From positions 2,850,001-2,882,000 of the forward strand of contig NZ_LN831024.1 of the NCBI RefSeq assembly GCF_001457615.1: a stretch of 32,000 nucleotides of DNA, written 5' to 3'. Shown piece after piece: positions 9,708 through 15,944 of the stretch; the stretch's first letter is position 1; every line of letters begins with the position of its first letter. The DNA is from Pseudomonas aeruginosa. Lineage in GTDB: Bacteria > Pseudomonadota > Gammaproteobacteria > Pseudomonadales > Pseudomonadaceae. The notes beneath the pieces are model-generated. The model made no database searches. It saw only the letters and a program-made list of their open reading frames with translations, and had not been told where the DNA came from. Position numbers and translations under genes: made by a program.

Positions 9708-10913
9708 TCAGTAGATCGGCAGGTCCGGTTCGGGCAGGGCGACGATGTCGTTCGCCGTCAGCCCCAGCAGGCTCATCAGCGCCGGGTCGCGCAACGGCGA
9801 CTCGCCGCGTACCGGGCCGAAGATTTGCGCCATGTGCCTGCGCAGGCTGGCCACCCGTTGGCGATCGGCCATCCAGCGGGTGAAATCGTGCACGTCGACG
9901 TTCTTCAGCGACTCCAGTGGCGGCAGCCCAGGCGCTTCGCCGACGTCGGCGCGGGCGCGCCAGCCGCCGTAGCTGGACTGGAACTCGGCCGAGCCCAGGT
10001 AGGACAGCAGCAGCTTGGCCGTGGCCGGATGACGGGCGGCCTTGAAGATCGCCGCGCGCTGGTTCCAGACGATGAACGGCTCGTCGGTCGGGATGAAGTA
10101 GCCGGCCGGCGTATCGCTGTCGGTCGCATAGCCGGTCAGGTTGCCCAGCGAACCGATGGAGTCGGTGCCCACCGAGGCCGCCGGCGCCGCCGTGCCGCGC
10201 AGGAAGTTCGGCTTCTGCGCCGCCAGGGCGCGCAGGAAACCGCTGCCGTAGCGCCGTTCCAGCTTGTCGTAGACGTACAGCACCGCATCGTCGTCATGGG
10301 GATAGGTCAGCACCAGCTTGCCCTTGAAGGCCGGCTTCAGGTAATCGGCGAAGCGCGTCGGATAGCGCTCCGCTGGCAGCCGGACGGAAGCGTAGGTCGG
10401 CACGAAGGCGTTGTTGTAGGCCGTGACATAGGCGCCGTCGGGATCGGCGTAGCCTTTCTTCTGCCGGGCGAAGCCGACCGGCTTGTAGCGCAGCAGCACG
10501 TCGCGGGCCTTCCATCTGTCGAAATCGAAGGTGGTTTGCAGCATCGCCACGTCCGGCGTCAGGGTGCCGGCGGCGAGTTCCTGGTCGATGCGCAGGTCGT
10601 GGAACTTGGAGAGGTCCACCGTGACGTCCAGGGTCACGCCGGGAAAGCGGCTCTCGAAGGCCGTCTTCAACCAGTCCATCTGGTTCGGCGCGTCGCCGCC
10701 GGCCCAGAGCACCACCTTGCCGCCTTCGCCCCGTGCGCGGGCGTAGAGCGAAGCGAGCCTGTCGGTCTCGCCGGGAATGACCAGGGTCGCCCCCACGGTT
10801 TCCGGCCCTAGAGCTGGCTTTCGTGGCAATTTTCCCGCCGTTTCGCTGGCGAACGAAGAAGATGCGAAGACCAGAACCCATGCCGCCATCAGCGGCTTCA
10901 CCCTGTCGATCAT
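9708..10913 (-). CDS. ABC transporter-type extracellular solute-binding protein
   Basis: Start chosen at MIDRVKPLMAAWVLVFASSSFASETAG (signal peptide). Body VVLWAGGDAPNQMDWLKTAFESRFPGVTLDVTVDLSKFHDLRIDQELAAGTLTPDVAMLQTTFDFDRW is typical of type 2 periplasmic binding proteins. The track start at 10982 is likely an over-extension. Confidence 0.85.
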   Translation of the reverse strand: MIDRVKPLMAAWVLVFASSSFASETAGKLPRKPALGPETVGATLVIPGETDRLASLYARARGEGGKVVLWAGGDAPNQMDWLKTAFESRFPGVTLDVTVDLSKFHDLRIDQELAAGTLTPDVAMLQTTFDFDRWKARDVLLRYKPVGFARQKKGYADPDGAYVTAYNNAFVPTYASVRLPAERYPTRFADYLKPAFKGKLVLTYPHDDDAVLYVYDKLERRYGSGFLRALAAQKPNFLRGTAAPAASVGTDSIGSLGNLTGYATDSDTPAGYFIPTDEPFIVWNQRAAIFKAARHPATAKLLLSYLGSAEFQSSYGGWRARADVGEAPGLPPLESLKNVDVHDFTRWMADRQRVASLRRHMAQIFGPVRGESPLRDPALMSLLGLTANDIVALPEPDLPIY

Positions 10914-11113
10914 GTGCCGTTCCTCTGCTGAAAACGAGCGTCGCCGCTCCCGGTGAGGCCGGCGCGCAGGCGCGCCCCTCATGGATGGGACTGGTCCGCC
11001 GCGACGGGCTTCAGCGCCGCGAGGAGACTTCGCGGAAAATCGCGGCAGACTTCTCGTTTCGGCATTCTCGGATGCTTGCGCGGGAACTCCGGGTACGGCC
11101 GCGTGGAACCTGC

Positions 11114-11755
11114 CTAGAAGCCGGCCTTCACCGCCAGCGCCGCGGCGGCCGTCCGCGTGTTCACTTCCAGGGCGCGCAGTAGCGAGGAAACGTGCACGCG
11201 CACGGTGAACGGAGAGATCGACAGCGCGCGGCCGATTTCCTTGTTCGACAGGCCATCGGCGATCAGCCGCAGTACCGCTTGCTGCCGTGGGGTCAGGGCG
11301 TCCAGGAGGGCGCGTTGCCGACTGCCGGCGCTCGACCCGCCGCGCAGGCGCACCACCGGTTCGCCGCTGCCGAGCGTCTGCAACGCCGTGCCGATCTCCC
11401 CGGCCTCCAGGGATTTGCCGAGGTAGCCGTCGGCGCCGGCGGCCAGCACCTCGTCCACCAGACGCGGGTCGTCGAGCATCGAGACGATGACGATTGCGCT
11501 GTGCCGATAGGCGCGACGCAAGCGCTCGATGGACTGGGAGGCGGCGAAGCCGGGAAGCAGCAGGTCGAGGACGAAGAGGGCGGGAGGTTCCGGCGAGACG
11601 CTCGAGGCCAGGCGCAGCACCTCGTCGAAGCTGCCCGCTTCGCTTACGGCGGCTTGCGGGAGGTAGCGGCGGACGACCCGTCTCAGGCCATCGCGGAACA
11701 GGGGATAGTCATCGGCGACGATGACCCGTGCGGGGAGGCTTCTTGTGCTAGGCAT
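11114..11755 (-). CDS. LuxR/NarL-family response regulator
   Basis: 213 aa. REC domain [19 protein letters not shown]...[11 protein letters not shown]...[11 protein letters not shown] and Lux[49 protein letters not shown]. Confidence 0.95.
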   Translation of the reverse strand: MPSTRSLPARVIVADDYPLFRDGLRRVVRRYLPQAAVSEAGSFDEVLRLASSVSPEPPALFVLDLLLPGFAASQSIERLRRAYRHSAIVIVSMLDDPRLVDEVLAAGADGYLGKSLEAGEIGTALQTLGSGEPVVRLRGGSSAGSRQRALLDALTPRQQAVLRLIADGLSNKEIGRALSISPFTVRVHVSSLLRALEVNTRTAAAALAVKAGF

Positions 11756-11881
11756 TGTCGTCCCGTCCTTGGGGGCGGCCAGGGTACGGCAACCCCTGCA
11801 TCGACCGGCCGCGGGCCGGCCGGCGAGGGCGCTGCGGGCACCGTTCGATCCGCCGAAAATCCTTTTTCGTCGATCCCTGTC

Positions 11882-11898
11882 GCGGGGCTCCGCCCCGC
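11882..11898. repeat. Perfect GC-rich hairpin (7-bp stem, 3-nt loop)
   Basis: GCGGGGC-TCC-GCCCCGC in the intergenic region between the divergent regulator and PAAR-like genes. No T-tract follows, so it is not called as a terminator. Confidence 0.6.
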
Positions 11899-12031
11899 AT
11901 CACAGCGGAATTCTAGCGCCGCTGGCGACACGCATGTCGGGCATTCGTCAGAAAAACAGCAAGCCAGCCCCACGGCGAGCGCGATGGGCTGGTCTATCCT
12001 GCTACAACGCCATCGCGCTCGGGAGGACGGC

Positions 12032-12427
12032 ATGGGCTGCCCGCAGGTCTGCGCCGGCGCCACCCTGCAATGCAGCTTCGGGGCGGCGCCGACGGTGCTC
12101 AACGTGTTGCCGCAGAACCGCACCCTGACCAGCGGGATGCCGGCGGCGAACATCATGGACCACATCCCGCTGCTGAACATTCCCACCTTCGGTCTCTGCC
12201 AGAGTCCGGCCAACCCCGTGGTGGCCGCCGCCACCGCCGCCGCCCTCGGCGTACTGACGCCGATGCCGTGCATTCCCGCCACCGCCAGCCCGTGGATCCC
12301 CGGCGGCCCGCCGACCCTGCTGCTGGGCGGGATGCCCGCGCTGGACGCCAATGGCACGCTGATCTGCACCTGGGGCGGGGTGATCAAGATCAGCGTGCCG
12401 GGACAGGTGCAGATGCTGATTCCCTGA
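12032..12427 (+). CDS. PAAR-like (DUF4150/DUF4280-type) T6SS spike-tip protein
   Basis: 131 aa after AGGAcgg ribosome-binding context. MGCPQVCAGATLQCSFGAAPTVLNVLPQNRTLTSGMPAANIMDHIPLLNIPTFGLCQSPANP...GGPPTLLLGGMPALDANGTLICTWGGVIKI. Adjacent to vgrG and a T6SS cargo gene. Confidence 0.85.
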   Translation: MGCPQVCAGATLQCSFGAAPTVLNVLPQNRTLTSGMPAANIMDHIPLLNIPTFGLCQSPANPVVAAATAAALGVLTPMPCIPATASPWIPGGPPTLLLGGMPALDANGTLICTWGGVIKISVPGQVQMLIP

Positions 12428-12449
12428 GCGCCGCCTGGCCGATGCGCGC

Positions 12450-12986
12450 CTAGGGCTCCGCCAGCCTGGTCCACCACCAGCGCCAGCGCGCCATGGGCCT
12501 GCCCTCGCTGTCCAGCGGCCGGCCGTCATCGGCGAACGGCTGGGCGCCGTCCAGTAGCTGGCCGTTCAGGTAGCGTCCGTCGAAGGCCAGTTGGCCATTG
12601 CCATGGAAGCGCTGGTAGACCCCGTCGCGCACGCCGTCGCGGTAATGCTCGCGCTCGGCCACCTGGCCGTTGGCGAAATAGTTGAACGCTTCGCCGTGGA
12701 GCAGCCCGTTGCGGTAGTGCGCCTTGCGCTGCAACCAGCCTTCCGCGGCATGGAAACTCGCCGGCCCGTGCAGCTTGCCGTCGACGAAGGCGAGTTGCGC
12801 GGAGACCTTGCCGTTGGGATGGAACAGGGTGCTGGCGCCGTGCAACTGGCCCTGCCGGTAGCCGAGGCTGGCCTGCGGCCTGTCGTGCTCGTCGATGCGC
12901 AACGGGCCTTCCAGGCTGCCGTCGAGCAGGTTGCCGGCGAGATGGCTGTCGCCACGAACCAGGTCGAGCTTGCCGGATGCCGCCAT
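12450..12986 (-). CDS. tseF: MORN-repeat protein; TseF-like T6SS secreted protein
   Basis: 178 aa with repeated Y/F-x-x-G-x-x-x-G-units (YRQGQLHGASTLF, FVDGKLHGPASFH, YRNGLLHGEAFNY, YRDGVRDGVYQRF, YLNGQLLDG). Directly downstream of vgrG in the H3-T6SS-like locus, where published TseF is encoded. Confidence 0.75.
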   Translation of the reverse strand: MAASGKLDLVRGDSHLAGNLLDGSLEGPLRIDEHDRPQASLGYRQGQLHGASTLFHPNGKVSAQLAFVDGKLHGPASFHAAEGWLQRKAHYRNGLLHGEAFNYFANGQVAEREHYRDGVRDGVYQRFHGNGQLAFDGRYLNGQLLDGAQPFADDGRPLDSEGRPMARWRWWWTRLAEP

Positions 12987-12996
12987 GCGCTTCTCC

Positions 12997-15003
12997 TCAG
13001 TTGACCTTTACCAGGCCGCCCTTGATGGTCAGCATGCCGCCGCCGTCCACCGTCTGTTCGGCGCCGGCCTTGTTGGTCAGGCTGACGCCGGCATCGTTGG
13101 TCAGGCTGGTGCCGGCCTTGTTGGTGAGGGAGGTGCCGGCCTGGTTGGTCAGCGACGTCCCGGCCTTGCTGGTCAGCGAGGTGCCAGCCTGGGCGGCGAG
13201 GTCGGCGTCGCTCTTCAGGGTCAGGCTGCCGCCGCTCTGCAGGGCGAGGGTGCCGCTGACCTTGATGGTCAGGTTGCCGTCCACCGTCAGCTCGAAGTTG
13301 CCGCTGACCTTGTGGCTGTAGTTGCCGCCGGTGCTGTGGGTCTGGTCGGCGCCCACCGTCACCGTGCGCGTGTCCTTCACATCCAGGCTGTCGCTGCCGG
13401 TCTGGATGGTCACCGTGCGCTTGCCTTTCTCCAGGGTGACGGTCTCGTCGCCTTCCTTCACCGTGCGGGTGCGTGCGTTCTGCACCGTCAGGGTCTCGTC
13501 GTGGCCGATGCTGGCGGTGCTGTCGTTGAGCACGTTGACGTTGAGGTCCTTCTGCGCCTGGAGGAAGACCTCCTCGGCGTCCTTCTTGTCCTCGAAGCGC
13601 AGCTCGTTGAAACCGCCGCCGCCCTTCGACGAGTTGGTCTTGATCCCGGACTGCGTCTGGTTGTCCGGCAGCGCGTAGGGCAGGGCGTTGTCGCCGTTGT
13701 AGACGCAGCCGGTGACCAGCGGGCGGTCCGGGTCGCCGTCGATGAAGGTGACGATCACTTCCTGGCCGATGCGCGGCACGAACTGCATGCCGAAGCCCTT
13801 GCCGCTCCAGGGCAGCACCACGCGCACCCAGCACGACGAGGTCTCGTCGTTCTTGCCGTCGCGGTCCCAGGGGAACTGGAGCTTGATCCGGCCGTACTGG
13901 TCGGTCCAGATCTCCTCGCCGGCCTTGCCCACCACCAGGGCGGTCTGGGTGTGCATGCGCGGCTTGGGCGTGACCCGCGCGGGGCGGTAGGCGGTGGCCT
14001 TGGGGATCGCCTCGAAGCGGTTGCGGTAGTGCGCGTGACTGGCGTCATGGGTGACCGAGGTCAGCACCCAGTCGATATTCAGCGAATCGTCGTCATGCCC
14101 GCTGAGGGTGAACCAGTGGCCGGGCACCAGCCAGCGGCAGTCGCTCTCGCCGATCAGGCGCGTCTCCTGGCTGCGCAGGCCGTCGATGCGTTGCTTGGTC
14201 AGGCTGTCGCCCTGGGCCTTGGCGGTGTAGCCGCCGGGGTGCTGGTAGACGCCGGCGGCGCCGGAAACCGCCTCGGCCTGGGAGTACAGCGAGGTGCCCG
14301 GGGTGGTGAACTCGTAGTCGGTGGCGCTGTAGGTCCCGGATACCGCCTGGAGGCTGTACTGCGCCGAACGCACGCCCTGCAACTCGCGCACGCCGATTCC
14401 TTGGCCCAGGTAGGCCACTTGCGGGCCGTTGGGAATCGGCGGGAAGGCGTCGTTGCTGTCGGCCAGCACCAGGGTGTGCTTGCCGGCGGCATGGGTGAAG
14501 AACCAGAAGATGCCGTCTTCCTCCAGCAGCCGCGAGACGAAGGCGAGGTCGCTCTCGCCGTACTGCACGCAGTATTCGCGGGGCTGGTAGCTGCCGCTGA
14601 GCTGCAACTGGTAGTCGCTGAAGCCGTGCTGGTCGAAGACCTGGGTGACGATGTCGCTGGTGGCCAGGTTCTGGAACACCCGGTTGTTGCTGGCCAGCGT
14701 CAGCCACCAGAGCCAGGGGCGCAACAGCACCTGGTAGCGCTCGGCGCTGGCATCGCCGGGGAGTTGGCGGATCTCCGCGACCAGGCCGTCGAGCGGACGC
14801 TGGTCGGCGTCGTTGTGCAGGGTGGCGGTGAGATGGGTGGCCACCGCATTGCTCAACGTCAGCGCGGTGGCGCTGTAGCCGCCGAGCGTCAGGCTGCCCA
14901 GCTCGTTCAACGCCTCGCCCCCGGAAAGCGTCTGGGGGTAAAGATCACCCAGGGTGGAGGCGCTGAGGGAGAGGGTGGTATTGGTGTCGGTGGGACGGGG
15001 CAT
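12997..15003 (-). CDS. vgrG: T6SS tip protein VgrG (TssI)
   Basis: 668 aa. REYCVQYGESDLAFVSRLLEEDGIFWFF, DQYGRIKLQFPWDRDGKNDETSSCWVRVVLPWSGKGFGMQFVPRIGQEVIVTFIDGDPDRPLVTGCVYN are VgrG hallmarks. Confidence 0.97.
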   Translation of the reverse strand: MPRPTDTNTTLSLSASTLGDLYPQTLSGGEALNELGSLTLGGYSATALTLSNAVATHLTATLHNDADQRPLDGLVAEIRQLPGDASAERYQVLLRPWLWWLTLASNNRVFQNLATSDIVTQVFDQHGFSDYQLQLSGSYQPREYCVQYGESDLAFVSRLLEEDGIFWFFTHAAGKHTLVLADSNDAFPPIPNGPQVAYLGQGIGVRELQGVRSAQYSLQAVSGTYSATDYEFTTPGTSLYSQAEAVSGAAGVYQHPGGYTAKAQGDSLTKQRIDGLRSQETRLIGESDCRWLVPGHWFTLSGHDDDSLNIDWVLTSVTHDASHAHYRNRFEAIPKATAYRPARVTPKPRMHTQTALVVGKAGEEIWTDQYGRIKLQFPWDRDGKNDETSSCWVRVVLPWSGKGFGMQFVPRIGQEVIVTFIDGDPDRPLVTGCVYNGDNALPYALPDNQTQSGIKTNSSKGGGGFNELRFEDKKDAEEVFLQAQKDLNVNVLNDSTASIGHDETLTVQNARTRTVKEGDETVTLEKGKRTVTIQTGSDSLDVKDTRTVTVGADQTHSTGGNYSHKVSGNFELTVDGNLTIKVSGTLALQSGGSLTLKSDADLAAQAGTSLTSKAGTSLTNQAGTSLTNKAGTSLTNDAGVSLTNKAGAEQTVDGGGMLTIKGGLVKVN
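13062..13206 (-). repeat. 24-bp (8-aa) tandem repeat array inside vgrG 3' end
   Basis: Consecutive units AGTSLTSK-AGTSLTNQ-AGTSLTNK-AGTSLTND-AGVSLTNK-AG. Boundaries are approximate. Confidence 0.85.
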
Positions 15004-15191
15004 TAGTGTGCCTTGTCATGCCAGCCCGAAGGAATGATGAATAACCTCAAGACGACCTTCATCCCGATTTTTCCATCCACGTATAGATCACCGGAAAATG
15101 ATCGCTCCTCATCGGTTGGCCAAGTATTGTCGAGGAACTCCAGCTTTTCCCAAAAGGCCATCGAATGAGTGGATGTGGATTGGTTGTCCAT
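15003..15191 (-). CDS. Small ORF (62 aa) immediately upstream of vgrG; candidate immunity/accessory protein or gene remnant
   Basis: MDNQSTSTHSMAFWEKLEFLDNTWPTDEERSFSGDLYVDGKIGMKVVLRLFIIPSGWHDKAH; stop overlaps the vgrG start (TAATG). The start is uncertain, and an overlapping ORF in another minus frame (15059-15250) competes with it. Confidence 0.4.
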   Translation of the reverse strand: MDNQSTSTHSMAFWEKLEFLDNTWPTDEERSFSGDLYVDGKIGMKVVLRLFIIPSGWHDKAH

Positions 15192-15350
15192 GTGCTGTAC
15201 GTTCCAGACCAGAATTTCAGCGCCATAATGGTGACTTGGTCAGAGTTCATAAAGGGGGATGGAGGAGGCTTATTTTGTGGTTATGAAGTGTCAAAAAATA
15301 GATATCCCATTACTCGTTTCCTTTTTATTTGAGATGGCGCTAAATTATTC

Positions 15351-15923
15351 TTAAGGTACTCTCTGTCTTGCTTCCGAAGCTCGAAATCTTGGCGTTAGCA
15401 CTACATTGCCTTGCGCATCAAAGAGTACCCCGTCTTTATGGTAATTGCCGTCGGCAAATTCTTTCGGTACCGACACCGATGAATTATAGTAATATACATC
15501 TATATTGGGGTAGCCCATGCTGTCTCGCATTTTGCTTTTGAATGAAGTAGCAAATTCCGAAAACTCACCCCCTGAGTTACATACGTAGAGCTTGACTCTT
15601 CTATGGTTTGCATTTAATCCTGCTACTTTCAGTCTTACTGACAGTTCCCCTGCCGTTAACGCCGGTATGAGCCCGTTCGCAGGAGGGGTGCTCAGGCTGA
15701 ATATGTAGTCTGAGATGCCTTCGTAACCATGAGCAATCACGTACAGCGTATCGTCATTGTTTATGATATTTAATGGCTTCATGTGCTTAGTGTTGTAAAA
15801 TAATAGCTTCGGTGGTTCTCTGCCGCGAGGATCCTTTGCCACTTGGGATGCCCAAAGCGTACCCATGGATAGTAGTTCGTTATTGCTTTCTTCGCTTGTG
15901 AATGGCACGAATAAATAGTTCAT
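15351..15923 (-). CDS. Putative T6SS cargo: small clan CD (caspase/CHAT/C80-like) cysteine protease candidate
   Basis: 190-aa complete ORF in an AT-richer block between clpV and vgrG. DTLYVIAHGYEG (H65) and LTAGELSVRLKVAGLNANHRRVKLYVCNSGGEF (C115) resemble the clan CD His-Gly and Cys motifs. The coding call is well supported; the protease assignment is inference. Confidence 0.6.
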   Translation of the reverse strand: MNYLFVPFTSEESNNELLSMGTLWASQVAKDPRGREPPKLLFYNTKHMKPLNIINNDDTLYVIAHGYEGISDYIFSLSTPPANGLIPALTAGELSVRLKVAGLNANHRRVKLYVCNSGGEFSEFATSFKSKMRDSMGYPNIDVYYYNSSVSVPKEFADGNYHKDGVLFDAQGNVVLTPRFRASEARQRVP

Positions 15924-15944
15924 ATAGACTCCTCAAATAGGGTC

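Noticed and set aside
9508-9714. 68-aa plus-strand ORF MSSQLKVNSSILFILLINKINRLLKVFYKKW... crossing the AT-rich island
   Set aside because: The hydrophobic/lysine composition comes from reading through the AT-rich palindrome, there is no convincing ribosome-binding site, and it ends in the tail of the convergent gene. It could be revisited as a small protein, but support is weak.
12566-13834. 422-aa minus-strand ORF rich in QRQ/HRQ repeats overlapping vgrG and tseF
   Set aside because: Alternate reading frame through two well-supported genes; the repetitiveness comes from the vgrG repeat array.
12895-15006. 703-aa plus-strand ORF antisense to vgrG
   Set aside because: Artefact. Its apparent repeats (GLVGQAGAGLVGEGGAGL...) are simply the complement of the vgrG tandem repeats.
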